The position numbers and the translations under genes are program-made. A stretch of 64,000 bases of DNA from an uncultured Planctomycetota bacterium. Lineage in GTDB: Bacteria; Planctomycetota; Phycisphaerae; Tepidisphaerales; Tepidisphaeraceae. Location of the stretch: the NCBI GenBank assembly GCA_963841915.1, contig CAWJEN010000006.1, forward strand, positions 1,632,001 through 1,696,000, given 5' to 3'. How positions within the stretch are numbered: position 1 is the first letter of the stretch; each line of letters starts with the position of its first letter. This document shows, piece after piece, positions 18,656 through 29,170 of this stretch. The notes under the pieces were generated by a model. It was not told where the DNA came from. It saw only the letters and a list, made by a program, of their open reading frames with translations, and made no database searches.

Positions 18656-19611
18656 CAGTCTTTCACCTGCATGGCCAGAATCCGGGCGACGGCTTCGCAG
18701 ATTTCGCTGCGATGCTGGCCGTGCAGGGCAAGGGCCAGCTGTGTCTCCATCAGGCCATACGGAATACCCATGTCGTATCGCTGGCCCTGGACGATCTGTG
18801 CCCAGTACTTTTCGGTGTTCTGGCGGAAGTGCTCCTGGGCACTGGTGAACTGGATTTCACCTTTTTCGCGGAGATCGTTGTCGATGAGGTGTCCGATCGA
18901 ATCGAAGATGCCCGGACCGAAGACGTGGACACCGAAGTGCGTGAGGTAGTTGCCGGCCGGCAGGCCGGGCGTGACGAGCTTCTCGCGAGCCACCTCGATC
19001 TCCGGCTTTTCGATAATGAGTTCTGCCTGGAACAGACCCTTCTCAACGTCGTAGGGCTTGCCCTTGATGGTGCCGAAAAGGTGCAGGAGCTTTTCGATCG
19101 TCGGCTGTACGCCGCTGCAGGCGTCGAGGCCGTACTTCTCGAACGTCTTGATGAGTTGCAGGACGCAGCGGTCCTTCTGGTCGCTGATGTAGACGTGATC
19201 GCCCAGCAGCAGGACGAAGGGCTCGTCGCCGACGAAGTCCTTGGCCTGATAGACGGCGTGGCCGAAGCCGTCGGGAATCTCCTGCGTGACATAGGTGATG
19301 CGGTCACCGAGGCCGCCGAGGTTTTCGCTCTCGAGGATCGCCCAATCTTTGCCGCGGAAAGCGCGGGCGGTTTCGTCGTCCATGCGCTTGAAGTAGTCGC
19401 GCAGGGCGGTGTCACCGCCTGGGCTGACGACGATGCAGATTTCGTCGACGCCCGACTCGACGCATTCTTCGAGGATGAGCTGGAGCGTCGGCTTGGTCAG
19501 GCCGTCGCGATCGACGACAGTGATCATCTCCTTTTGAATGGCGGAGGTCGCTGGGTATTGACGGGTGCCGCGGCCTGCTGCGGTGATGACGGCTTTGCGA
19601 ACTCTGGGCAT
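18655..19611 (-). CDS. galU: UTP--glucose-1-phosphate uridylyltransferase-like nucleotidyltransferase
   Basis: RKAVITAAGRGTR.YPAT...KEM, Q..PDGFGHAV, LLLGD, IEKP, GEIQFT. Confidence 0.85.
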   Translation of the reverse strand: MPRVRKAVITAAGRGTRQYPATSAIQKEMITVVDRDGLTKPTLQLILEECVESGVDEICIVVSPGGDTALRDYFKRMDDETARAFRGKDWAILESENLGGLGDRITYVTQEIPDGFGHAVYQAKDFVGDEPFVLLLGDHVYISDQKDRCVLQLIKTFEKYGLDACSGVQPTIEKLLHLFGTIKGKPYDVEKGLFQAELIIEKPEIEVAREKLVTPGLPAGNYLTHFGVHVFGPGIFDSIGHLIDNDLREKGEIQFTSAQEHFRQNTEKYWAQIVQGQRYDMGIPYGLMETQLALALHGQHRSEICEAVARILAMQVKD

Positions 19612-19680
19612 TTGCCGCGGATGGTACGGATCGTGCGGTCGATCACAAGACTGTTGACCGCGCCGTTCTAAGCTGCGGGC

Positions 19681-20817
19681 ATGACTGACCGCGTAGCCGT
19701 CGCCAAGAGTACTGCCGAGCACCTTGCCCAAGCCGGCCAGCAGGCCGCCGCCATAACCTGTCTCGTGGGATTCGACGGGTTCGTCGATGCCATTTGCGAC
19801 GTCGTCGAAACCCGCCCCAGCGGCAGCGAGTACACGCCTGTGGCCACGCTCGATCGTCTAGGCAGCAAGATCAGCGCCTCGGCAGGCCTCAGCAGCAATC
19901 TCGAAGTCGTCGTCAAGCAACGCAAGCTCGGCGGCAACGGGCCCATCTTCGCCAACGCCCTCGCCAGCTTCGGCCTCGACGTCACCTACGTCGGCAACCT
20001 CGGCTACCCCGACATCGACCCCGTCTTTGCCGACTTCGGCAGGCAGGCCGACCTTCGCTCCATCGCCAACCCCGGCTACACCGACGCACTCGAATTCACC
20101 GACGGCAAGCTCATGCTCGGCAAGCACGACAGCCTGGGCGAAGTCACGTTCGAGAACATTCAACAACGACTCGGCGTCGAAACGTTCGAGCGCCTGCTCG
20201 ACCGCTCGAAACTCGTGGCGATGGTCAACTGGACGATGCTGTCGGGCATGAGCCGTATCTGGGCCAAGCTCATCGGTGACGTCTTTGACCAGCTGCCGAC
20301 GTGGAAGAAGGATGGCAGGCGGCCGCACATCTTCATCGATCTGGCCGACCCGGAGAAGCGGACGCGTGACGACCTCAGCTACGCGGTGAAGCTGCTGAGC
20401 AGAATGCAGCCGTTCGCCGATGTGACGCTGGGGCTGAATGCCCGTGAAGGCGAACAAGTCGCGGCCGTGCTGGGTGTGGCCGAGAAGGCGACGCCGGAGG
20501 AACACGCCGTCGCCATTCGCAAGGCGCTGGATCTGCATTGTGTGGTCGTCCACCCGCGCAGCGGTGCCAGTGCCGCGACGGCAGAAGGGTCGGCGAGCTT
20601 CGAGGGTCCTTTCGTGCAACACCCCAAGATCAGCACCGGCGCCGGCGACCACTTCAACGCCGGCTTCATGCTCGGCCGCACGCTCGGCCTCGACCTGGCG
20701 CAGAGTCTGTGCTGCGGCGTCGGCACGAGCGGCTACTACGTCCGCAGCGGCGACTCGCCGACACTTTCGAAGCTTGCCGGATTCATCGGTGATCTGCCCG
20801 CTCCCGAAGGTGCTTAG
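19681..20817 (+). CDS. PfkB family carbohydrate kinase
   Basis: LGGNG and C-terminal STGAGDHFNAGF. Confidence 0.88.
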   Translation: MTDRVAVAKSTAEHLAQAGQQAAAITCLVGFDGFVDAICDVVETRPSGSEYTPVATLDRLGSKISASAGLSSNLEVVVKQRKLGGNGPIFANALASFGLDVTYVGNLGYPDIDPVFADFGRQADLRSIANPGYTDALEFTDGKLMLGKHDSLGEVTFENIQQRLGVETFERLLDRSKLVAMVNWTMLSGMSRIWAKLIGDVFDQLPTWKKDGRRPHIFIDLADPEKRTRDDLSYAVKLLSRMQPFADVTLGLNAREGEQVAAVLGVAEKATPEEHAVAIRKALDLHCVVVHPRSGASAATAEGSASFEGPFVQHPKISTGAGDHFNAGFMLGRTLGLDLAQSLCCGVGTSGYYVRSGDSPTLSKLAGFIGDLPAPEGA

Positions 20818-20837
20818 GTGAGCGCTAAGCTTGACAC

Positions 20838-22008
20838 ATGCCTGCCGACTTGAAGACGATTTTGACGCAGGCGACTCAGCTCCGACGCCGGCTGCATCAG
20901 ATTCCGGAGCTGGGCTACGGCGAGAACGACACGGCCGCACTCATTCGTGAAGAACTCGATCGCCTCGGGATTCCGTACATCGCCGGGCCCCGAAGACGCG
21001 CCGACGGCGACCGTTGCCGTCGTGGGCGATACGAGCAAGCCGTGCGTGATGCTTCGGGCCGACATCGACGCGTTGCCGATCACGGAGCACACCGGCGCCC
21101 CGCACGCCAGTACACGGCCGGGGTCCATGCACGCGTGCGGACACGACGGCCACACCGCGAATCTTCTCGCCGTCGCGGCGGCCTTGCTGGAAGAAGGCGA
21201 TCTGCCCAACTGCGTCAAGCTCGTCTGGCAGCCGGCTGAAGAGGGCGGCGGCGGCGGCAAAAAGCTGTGCGACGCCGGTGTGCTCGACAACGGAGTTTTT
21301 GGCCCGGAAGTCGATGTCGCCTTCGGCCTTCACGGCTGGCCGATGCTGCCGGTTGGCGTCGTGAGCACGCGCCCCGGGCCGTTGCTGGCAGCAACCGACA
21401 CCTTCGAAGCGCGCATCACCGGCCGAGGCGGACACGCTGCGTTCCCGCACTTCACGCGTGACCCGATCACGGTCGCTGCCGGAGCGGTGGGCGATTTGCA
21501 GCACTTTGTCAGCCGCGAAGTCGACCCGACCGACTCTGCCGTCTTGAGCGTGACCCGTTTCCACGCTGGTACGGCCAACAACGTCATTCCCGACGAAGCG
21601 ATCATCGGCGGAACCTGTCGGACGCTTGTGCCCGAGACACGCAAGGCTGCCCGCGAGGCCGTCGAGCGGCGGCTGCGCGGCTTGTGCGACGCCGGCCGGT
21701 GCGACTTGTCGTTCACGTGGAACGACGGCTATCCACCGACCGTCAATGATCCGCAGATGGCTGCGTTGGTCAAAGAGGTTGCCGGTGACGCATTTATTGC
21801 CGCCGACCGGCCGGCCATGGGTGGCGAGGACTTCGCCTATTATCTCGAGCGCGTCCCTGGCTGCTTCTTCATGATCGGACTTTGCCCAAAGGGTCGAGAG
21901 TCCTACCCGTCGCTGCACACCGACCGCTTCGACTTCGTCGACGACGCCTTGGCCACCGGCGTCAACATGATGCTCGGCCTCGTTCGGGCGTTTCGCCCCA
22001 ACGTGTGA
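20838..22008 (+). pseudogene. M20D family amidohydrolase with a single frameshift at ~20988-20991
   Basis: Frame 1: [17 protein letters not shown]. Frame 2: [38 protein letters not shown]. Removing one C from GGGCCCC restores one ORF. Confidence 0.85.
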
Positions 22009-22029
22009 CAAGCCTAATCACCTGAATGT

Positions 22030-24396
22030 TTAGCCCGCGGCGGCGACCGTTTGACCGGCGGCGGGAATCCCAGGGGCAGGCGTCGGGACGCTGGCAGACT
22101 TGTCACCGGGGTACTGAATGCGGCCGTGGTAGATGCCGACAAGCGACTTGATGATGCTGCGACGCACACGATCCAGTTCGCCGATCGTGATCGGGCAGTC
22201 GGCGAATTGGCCGTCGAGCAAACGCTTTTGCGCAAGGTCGTTCACGCGCGACTCCAATCGTGTCGGCGTCGGATCGGGCATGGCCCGGCAAGCACTTTCA
22301 CACGCGTCGGCCAGCATAATGATCGCCGTCTCGCGCGATCGAGGCTTGGGGCCGGGGTAGCGGTAGTCGCCCTCGGCTACAGGTGCGTTGGCCCCGAGTT
22401 GTTCGCTTTGGCGGTCGCAGGCTTCGCGGTAGAAGTACTCGACGAGCGTCGTCCCGTGGTGCTCTTCGATGAACGGCTGGAACGACCGTGGCAATCCCCA
22501 TTCGCGGGCCATCGCAACGCCGTCTTTGACGTGGCCGATGATGACCAGCAGCGACATGCTCGGGTTGAGCAACAGGTGCGGATTGGGCATGTCGCCCGTC
22601 TCGCGACTTCGCTGGTTCTCGATGAAGTAGTCGGGTTTTCGCAGTTTTCCGACGTCGTGGTAGTAGCAGGCGACGCGGCACAGCAGGCTGTCGGCCCCAA
22701 TGGCTTTGGCGGCCGCTTCGCTGATGGTGGCGACCTGAAGCGAGTGGTTGTACGTGCCGGGCGCTTCGATGGCCAAACGGCGGAGCAGCGGGTGGTCGAG
22801 ATACTCCAGCAGCGTCAGGCCGGTCGTGATACGGAAGGTCTTTTCGATGAACGGCAGGGCACACAGCACGAGCCCACCGGCGGCAAAGCCGCTGAGGGCG
22901 GCCCAGGCGGCACCGCTGAAAACGAGACCGACCGGCCGCATCGCGAGCAATCCGGCCACCACCGCCGCCGTGGCAGCCGCAGCACCGACGAGTCCGCCGA
23001 CCTCGATCAGGCGGCTTCGCGAGCGCACTTCATCGAGCAGGAAGCACGCCGGTAACACGCCACTGAAGGCGACGAAAAAGAAGCCGATCCCTTCGCCCAA
23101 CGCCAGCGTCACGAGCAGACTGAGAATGCCGCCCACGCCCAGGGCAAAGCGACCGTCGTACGCGACGCACAGCGTCATGACCGTCAGCAAGATCGGCCCG
23201 ATGCCGAGCAGGACGAGGTTGCCGGTCCCGAGCGCCGCCAATTGCGAGACGAGCATCGCCGCCAGGAGCAGCCCGGCCAATCCTGCCGCCCGGACAGGAT
23301 TAGCGACGATCTTGGGCCGAAACCGGACGACGTAGAGCGACAAAGCAGCCGTCAGGAACACCGCCACGCCACCGAGTCCGGCCCGCTCCGCCCAGACGCT
23401 TCGGCCTAGTGTGTCGCGGTAGGCGCCGTTCTCGGCTCTCAGCAGCTTCCAGTCGGCTTCGTCGACCTTGTTCCAAGCGGGCAGCAGGCGTTGGCCCACG
23501 CGGTAGATGACCTCGCCCGCACTCTCGGGCACGCGATCGGCGGCGGCGGTGCGTAGACGTGCGGTCGCCGCCTGATCGGGCACGACCGTCGGCCCGATTG
23601 CGACGCTCGTGTATCTGACAATCTTGGGGAAAATGACCTCGCCGAACGCGTCATAAGCGGCGGCCGAGACGCGACGGCTGATCTCTTCGCTCGTGGCCGT
23701 CTGCTCGGCGTCGGCTAGCTCGGCCGGCGCGATCATGCGCCCGCCCGGGACAATCTTGCGGCCGTCGGCGAGCTGGATCGTCGCCCCCGGCACCTCGTCG
23801 CGCGACGCCTCGGCAGGCAGCAGCACGAGGCCAAGCGACCGCACTGACTTCGTGTACCGCTCGACGGCAGCGGGCCAGGTCGCGTCTTCTTCCTCGGCGA
23901 TCGACTGCAGTCGGGCCAGGGCGGCACCGTCACCGGGCCCGAGCACGCGGGCGAGGCCGGTCTCGCTGCCGGCGTCGGAGAGTTGGTCCGGCCGAAGGCC
24001 TGTCAGCCGACGCGGCGACGAGAGCAGCTCGTCGCGAAGCTGGTCGAACGGGTCAACCTCGGCAGCCATGTAGATGCGTGGCTGGGCGTCGGAGGCTTCC
24101 TGACGGGCGCGGTCGAGCTTCCGGTCGTCGGCGACGGCAAAGTCGACGCGGCTGAAGATCGGTGCCGGCGTCACGTCGCCCGGCCGATAGGCCACCACCC
24201 GCGGTCGCAGCATCAGGATCGACGCGACGATGAACGCAAAGACGATGGCGACCAGCAGCGTCAGCGACCGTCGATCGCTGCCGAGCGCACCGAAGCCGTC
24301 GGAGACGGTGCGGACGACGGAGGGTTTTTGCTGGCGCACCTCGCCGCGAATCTCGTTGCGGCGGGCGCGTGCCTTTTTGGGCTCGAAGAGCGTCAT
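22030..24396 (-). CDS. 7TM-HDIG phosphohydrolase (PgpH-like c-di-AMP phosphodiesterase family)
   Basis: Large extracytoplasmic domain, TM bundle, APGTYNHS, YYHDVGK, EHHGTT, YPGPKP, MLADACE. Confidence 0.9.
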   Translation of the reverse strand: MTLFEPKKARARRNEIRGEVRQQKPSVVRTVSDGFGALGSDRRSLTLLVAIVFAFIVASILMLRPRVVAYRPGDVTPAPIFSRVDFAVADDRKLDRARQEASDAQPRIYMAAEVDPFDQLRDELLSSPRRLTGLRPDQLSDAGSETGLARVLGPGDGAALARLQSIAEEEDATWPAAVERYTKSVRSLGLVLLPAEASRDEVPGATIQLADGRKIVPGGRMIAPAELADAEQTATSEEISRRVSAAAYDAFGEVIFPKIVRYTSVAIGPTVVPDQAATARLRTAAADRVPESAGEVIYRVGQRLLPAWNKVDEADWKLLRAENGAYRDTLGRSVWAERAGLGGVAVFLTAALSLYVVRFRPKIVANPVRAAGLAGLLLAAMLVSQLAALGTGNLVLLGIGPILLTVMTLCVAYDGRFALGVGGILSLLVTLALGEGIGFFFVAFSGVLPACFLLDEVRSRSRLIEVGGLVGAAAATAAVVAGLLAMRPVGLVFSGAAWAALSGFAAGGLVLCALPFIEKTFRITTGLTLLEYLDHPLLRRLAIEAPGTYNHSLQVATISEAAAKAIGADSLLCRVACYYHDVGKLRKPDYFIENQRSRETGDMPNPHLLLNPSMSLLVIIGHVKDGVAMAREWGLPRSFQPFIEEHHGTTLVEYFYREACDRQSEQLGANAPVAEGDYRYPGPKPRSRETAIIMLADACESACRAMPDPTPTRLESRVNDLAQKRLLDGQFADCPITIGELDRVRRSIIKSLVGIYHGRIQYPGDKSASVPTPAPGIPAAGQTVAAAG

Positions 24397-24459
24397 CGTT
24401 GGATGGACGGCGTAAGCCGCCTGGTGATGCTAGAACCGCGGGAGTCGCGGGGCAGTGTC

Positions 24460-24491
24460 TGATGTACGACATCACCGATTAGGTGCAACTT
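24460..24491. promoter_or_regulatory. Candidate metal-regulator operators upstream of the ABC operon
   Basis: Perfect TGATGT-ACG-ACATCA (24460-24474) and a weak DtxR/MntR-box-like TTAGGTGCAACTT (24479-24491). Confidence 0.4.
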
Positions 24492-24555
24492 CCCGCGGCA
24501 GCATGACACGCCGGGCCGGCGACTCTGTAGTGTGTGCCGTTCGACTTCCTGCCGC

Positions 24556-25530
24556 ATGAACAAACGCCTCCTGACGCTTCTTATGCTCGTGCTCGCCATC
24601 ACCGGTTGCGGTGAGCCAACGGCTGTGGATCGACCCGGCCGCCAGGGCGACGAGCCTGTCAAGATCGTCGCCACCGTCGGCATGGTCGGTGACATCGCCA
24701 AGGCCGTCGCCGGTGACGAGGCCAATGTCACCGTCATTATGGGCGAAGGGACGGACCCGCACCTGTACAAGCCCGTCCGAGACGATGTCACCCACATGAA
24801 CGCGGCTGATGTCGTTTTTTACAACGGCCTGTTGCTCGAGGGCAAGATGAGTGACGTGCTGGTCAAGATGAGCCGCGGGCGGCCCGTCGTGGCTGTGACG
24901 GAGACGGTCGACGAGACGCTGCTGCTCTCGCCCGACAAATTCGCCGGGCACTACGACCCGCACGTTTGGATGGAGCCGACGGTTTGGGCGGCATGTGTGG
25001 ACGTCGTCGCAGAGACGCTGGCCGAGTACGACGCGGCCAAAGCCGACGCCTACCGCGAGCGGGCGGCGGCTTACAAGCAAGACGTCCTGGCGCTCGACGA
25101 CTACGGCAAAGACGTGCTGTCAACCCTGCCCGACGGCAGCCGAGTCATGATCACGAGTCACGACGCCTTCAACTACTTCGGCCGCGCATTTGGCCTCGAT
25201 GTAATGGGCATTCAAGGCCTCTCGACCGAGAGCGAGGCCGGTTTGCAGCGGATGAACGAGCTCGTCGACCTCATCGTCGACAAGAAGGTCAAAGCCGTCT
25301 TCATCGAGTCGAGCGTGCCGGCCAAGAGCATGGAGGCTTTGGTCAACGGGGCCAAAGACCGCGGCCACGACGTCGTCATCGGCGGCACGCTCTACAGCGA
25401 CGCCATGGGCTCGGCAGGCACCTACGAAGGCACCTACATCGGCATGATCGACCACAACATCACCACCGTCGCTCGAGCCCTCGGCGGCGAAGCGCCGGCC
25501 GGTGGCATGAACGGGAAGCTGGCCCAGTGA
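24556..25530 (+). CDS. Mn/Zn ABC transporter substrate-binding lipoprotein (TroA-like)
   Basis: Lipobox AITGC; DPHLY, DPHVW, HDAFNYF, YSDAMG. Confidence 0.95.
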   Translation: MNKRLLTLLMLVLAITGCGEPTAVDRPGRQGDEPVKIVATVGMVGDIAKAVAGDEANVTVIMGEGTDPHLYKPVRDDVTHMNAADVVFYNGLLLEGKMSDVLVKMSRGRPVVAVTETVDETLLLSPDKFAGHYDPHVWMEPTVWAACVDVVAETLAEYDAAKADAYRERAAAYKQDVLALDDYGKDVLSTLPDGSRVMITSHDAFNYFGRAFGLDVMGIQGLSTESEAGLQRMNELVDLIVDKKVKAVFIESSVPAKSMEALVNGAKDRGHDVVIGGTLYSDAMGSAGTYEGTYIGMIDHNITTVARALGGEAPAGGMNGKLAQ

Positions 25531-26333
25531 GCACCCTCGACTATCGGCGTGCCCCAGGCAGCGAGCACTCGCTCGGCTCGCCCCTGAGCATCCACGACAT
25601 GACCGTCGCCTACCACCGCAAGCCGGTGCTGTGGGACGTCGACCTCGACGTGCCCGAGGGCAAACTCATCGCCATCGTCGGGCCCAACGGCGCGGGCAAG
25701 AGCACGCTCATCAAGGCGGCACTCGACCTCATCCCGCGGGCCAGCGGCACCATCAACGTCTACGGAAAGCCGTATCGCAAGAACCGCCACCTCGTCGGTT
25801 ACGTGCCGCAACGCGAGAGCGTTGACTGGGATTTCCCGGTGAGCGCGCTCGACGTCGTGACGATGGGCCGATACGGCAAAATCGGCTGGTGCTGGCCGGT
25901 GACGAAGAAGCACAAGGAAGCCGCCCGGGACGCCTTGGATCGTGTCGGCATCGCCGATCTGGCCGACCGACAGATCAGCCAGCTTTCCGGCGGACAGCAG
26001 CAGCGAACGTTCCTGGCTCGGGCGCTCGTCCAGGAGGCCGAGCTGTATCTGATGGACGAACCGTTTGCCGCCGTCGACGCTGCGACGGAGCGGGCGATCG
26101 TGTCGATCCTCAAGGACCTGCGGGCGGCGGGTAAGACGGTGCTTGTCGTCCACCATGATTTGCAGACGGTCGAAGAATACTTCGACTACGTCATTCTGAT
26201 GAACATGCGGATCGTCGCCCACGGGCCGATCGATACCACATTCACCCGCGAAAACCTGCAGAAGACGTACGGCGGCAAGCTCACGCTGCTCAGCGACGCC
26301 GCCGAGGCGATCGGCCGGGGGACCTTGCGGTGA
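25527..26333 (+). CDS. Mn/Zn ABC transporter ATP-binding protein (TroB-like)
   Basis: GPNGAGKS, LSGGQQQR, LMDEP, VHHD; GTGA overlap start. Confidence 0.95.
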   Translation: MSTLDYRRAPGSEHSLGSPLSIHDMTVAYHRKPVLWDVDLDVPEGKLIAIVGPNGAGKSTLIKAALDLIPRASGTINVYGKPYRKNRHLVGYVPQRESVDWDFPVSALDVVTMGRYGKIGWCWPVTKKHKEAARDALDRVGIADLADRQISQLSGGQQQRTFLARALVQEAELYLMDEPFAAVDAATERAIVSILKDLRAAGKTVLVVHHDLQTVEEYFDYVILMNMRIVAHGPIDTTFTRENLQKTYGGKLTLLSDAAEAIGRGTLR

Positions 26334-27661
26334 TCGACCTGCTCGCCGAGTCAGCGCTGCTGCGCGTCCTGACGTTGCAGGACCACAACACGCGTGTCGT
26401 CATTCTCGGCACGCTGCTGCTCGGCGTTGCGGCTGGCGTGGTCGGAAGCTTCACGCTGCTCCGCAAACGCGCCCTCATGGGCGACGCTCTGGCTCACGCA
26501 ACGCTGCCAGGCATCGGGCTGGCATTCGTCATCGGTATCAACCTCGGCGGCGGACGGTCGCTGGCACTGCTGCTCAGTGGAGCCGTCGTCACGGGCGTGG
26601 CCGGCTTGTTGCTCGTGCTGATTCTCAGGCGGCAGACACGCCTTAAAGAAGACGCGGCCCTGGGCGTTGTGCTCAGCGTCTTCTTCGGCGGGGGCGTCTG
26701 CATGCTCACCGTCGTCCAGCAGATCGGAAGCGGCTCGGCGGCAGGACTTGAGGGGTTCATCTACGGCAAGACCGCCTCGATGGTCCCGCGCGACGTCTGG
26801 CTCATCGGCATCATCGGCGCGGCGTCCATCGTGACCGTCGTCGTGCTGTTCAAGGAGCTGCGCGTGCTCTGCTTCGATAGTGCCTACGCCCAATCGCAGG
26901 GTTGGCCGGTGCTGCTGCTCGACGTCGCGTTGATGACGCTGGTGACGGCTGTCACCGTGGTCGGCTTGCAGGCGGTCGGGCTGATTCTGGTGATCGCGCT
27001 GCTCATCATCCCGGCGGCAGCGGCGCGGTTCTGGAGCGAGCGGATGCTGCCGATGATGCTCGTCGCAGGCATGCTCGGCGGCGTCAGCTGTGCCGGCGGG
27101 GCGGCCATCAGCGCCATCCGGCCCAAGCTGCCGTCTGGGGCGATGATCGTCCTCTTCGCCACGGCCGTCTTCGGGCTCAGCATGGCTTTCGGCAGCGCCC
27201 GCGGAGTGGTGCCACGTCTGCTTCGCCAGCGACGCCTCAGCCGCAAAGTCACCCAGCAACACCTGCTCCGTGCGATCTACGAGATCAACGAAGAGGCCGA
27301 CGACAACCCGCCCGCACCGCTGCAGGCCTTGCGGTCGCGCCGATCCTGGACGCAACGACACCTTGAGAAGACGATCGACCGAGCCAACCGCGCAGGACTG
27401 GTCCGACGAGACAAGAGCGGTATCTCGCTGACCACGAACGGCATCTTCCACGCTCGGCGCATCGTGCGCAATCACCGTTTGTGGGAAACCTACCTCGTCA
27501 CGCACGCCGATGTCGCACCGTCGCACGTCGACACGGGTGCCGACGCGATCGAGCACGTGCTTGACGCCGACATGATCCGCCGCCTCGAGAAGGTCGCCGC
27601 CGCCGACGACACCGACGTGCCGCCCAGCCCGCACCTTCTCGAACCGGCGGTCACATCATGA
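26330..27661 (+). CDS. Metal ABC permease fused to a C-terminal DtxR-like domain (TroC/YtgCR-like)
   Basis: GDALAHATLPG; C-terminal HLLRAIYE...VRNHRLWETYL...ADAIEH. Confidence 0.92.
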   Translation: MIDLLAESALLRVLTLQDHNTRVVILGTLLLGVAAGVVGSFTLLRKRALMGDALAHATLPGIGLAFVIGINLGGGRSLALLLSGAVVTGVAGLLLVLILRRQTRLKEDAALGVVLSVFFGGGVCMLTVVQQIGSGSAAGLEGFIYGKTASMVPRDVWLIGIIGAASIVTVVVLFKELRVLCFDSAYAQSQGWPVLLLDVALMTLVTAVTVVGLQAVGLILVIALLIIPAAAARFWSERMLPMMLVAGMLGGVSCAGGAAISAIRPKLPSGAMIVLFATAVFGLSMAFGSARGVVPRLLRQRRLSRKVTQQHLLRAIYEINEEADDNPPAPLQALRSRRSWTQRHLEKTIDRANRAGLVRRDKSGISLTTNGIFHARRIVRNHRLWETYLVTHADVAPSHVDTGADAIEHVLDADMIRRLEKVAAADDTDVPPSPHLLEPAVTS

Positions 27662-28953
27662 GTGCGTTCATCGGCAACTGGAGCTGGTACTTCGACGGCT
27701 GGATCATCGGCGTCGGCATCCTGTGCGGCATCGCGTGCGCGTTGCTGGGCAACTTCCTCGTGCTCCGCAAGATGAGCCTGATGGGCGACGCCATCAGCCA
27801 CGCCGTGCTGCCGGGGCTTGCCATTGCCTTCCTCATCACCGGCAGCCGGGCGAGCATTCCCATGTTCGTCGGCGCCGCCATCGTGGGTGTCTTGACGGCA
27901 CTGCTGACCGAACTTATCCGCGGTTACGGCAAAGTCGACGAAGGGGCGAGCATGGGCGTCGTCTTCACCGGCCTGTTCGCGCTGGGGCTCGTGCTGATCG
28001 TTCAGGTCGCCGACACCGTCGACATCGATCCCGGCTGCGTGCTGTACGGGCTGATGGAGTTCACGCCGCTCGATTCGGTTTCTGTCGCCGGCTGGGAAGT
28101 GCCGCGGGTCGCGCTGACTCTGGCAATTGTCGCAGGTCTCAATCTGACCTTCGTCGTCGTCTTTTACAAAGAGCTCAAGCTCAGCAGCTTCGATCCGAAC
28201 CTCGCCGACACACTCGGCGTCAGTTCGCGGCTCATGCACTACACGCTTATGACGCTCGTCGCCGTCACGGCTGTGGCGAGCTTCGAGGCCGTCGGCAACA
28301 TTCTCGTCGTCGCCGTACTCATCGTTCCGGCGGCGGCCGCGTATCTGCTGACCGATCGGCTGCCGATCATGATCCTGCTCAGTGTCGTCATCGCCACCCT
28401 CGGCGCGATCCTCGGCCACCTCGGGGCCATCAGCGTCCCTCGCGCCTTCGGCTACGGCAGCGTCAGCTCAGCGGGCGGCATGGCGGTCGCACTCGGCTTC
28501 CTGCTCCTCACGGCCGCGCTGCTCGGCCCGCGACACGGCATCCTCAGCAAGGCCTGGCACCGCTTGTCACTCTCGCTCCGCATCGCCCGCGAGGACATCC
28601 TGGCCACGCTCTATCGCCGTGAGGAGCATCCGAACGAGGGCAGAGCGGTCGACCTGTCGCGGCTGCCGGCGGTGCGTCGGTGGCTCGTCCGGCGTCGTCT
28701 TGCCGGCTCCGTTTCGACCGATGGGAACACGCTGTCGCTCACTGAAGTGGGCCGCGACGAAGCACGCGAGCTGATCCGTTCGCACCGGCTGTGGGAGTCA
28801 TACCTCGACAACGAAACGAACCTGCCTCCCGACCAGTTGCACCTCGCGGCTGAGCGGCTGGAACACGCGACCGACGCCGACCTGCGGGCGGCACTCGAGG
28901 GTGATACGGGCGATCCGCGGGTCGACCCGCACGGCCGGGAGATTCCGTCATGA
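27658..28953 (+). CDS. Metal ABC permease fused to a C-terminal DtxR-like domain (TroD-like)
   Basis: [12 protein letters not shown]-terminal EDILATLYR...[11 protein letters not shown]...AERLEH...DPHGREIP. Confidence 0.92.
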   Translation: MSAFIGNWSWYFDGWIIGVGILCGIACALLGNFLVLRKMSLMGDAISHAVLPGLAIAFLITGSRASIPMFVGAAIVGVLTALLTELIRGYGKVDEGASMGVVFTGLFALGLVLIVQVADTVDIDPGCVLYGLMEFTPLDSVSVAGWEVPRVALTLAIVAGLNLTFVVVFYKELKLSSFDPNLADTLGVSSRLMHYTLMTLVAVTAVASFEAVGNILVVAVLIVPAAAAYLLTDRLPIMILLSVVIATLGAILGHLGAISVPRAFGYGSVSSAGGMAVALGFLLLTAALLGPRHGILSKAWHRLSLSLRIAREDILATLYRREEHPNEGRAVDLSRLPAVRRWLVRRRLAGSVSTDGNTLSLTEVGRDEARELIRSHRLWESYLDNETNLPPDQLHLAAERLEHATDADLRAALEGDTGDPRVDPHGREIPS

Positions 28954-29141
28954 GCGAAGGCGACTTCAACAGCCCACGCCGCTGGGCCGGCCGCATCGCG
29001 TTCCCGCTGGCGGCGGTGGCGGTGGTGCTGGCTATGAACGGCCTCAAGAGCGAGGGCCAAGCGTGGCCGTGGTTTGTCGCCGCAACGGTCGCAGCCGGCG
29101 CGGGCGCGGTATGTCTGCGTCTGTCGCGGCCGAAGCTTTAG
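28950..29141 (+). CDS. Small two-helix membrane protein
   Basis: 63 aa with two hydrophobic segments; ATGA overlap with the permease stop. Confidence 0.5.
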   Translation: MSEGDFNSPRRWAGRIAFPLAAVAVVLAMNGLKSEGQAWPWFVAATVAAGAGAVCLRLSRPKL

Positions 29142-29170
29142 ACCCGCACTTAGCTGCTCTACCATTCATC

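Noticed and set aside
24966..25526. Long N-terminus on the ABC ATPase (likewise mnmG 28901-29170 and SecA-like 46536-46745)
   Set aside because: Out-of-frame overlap with the upstream genes; better starts lie downstream.
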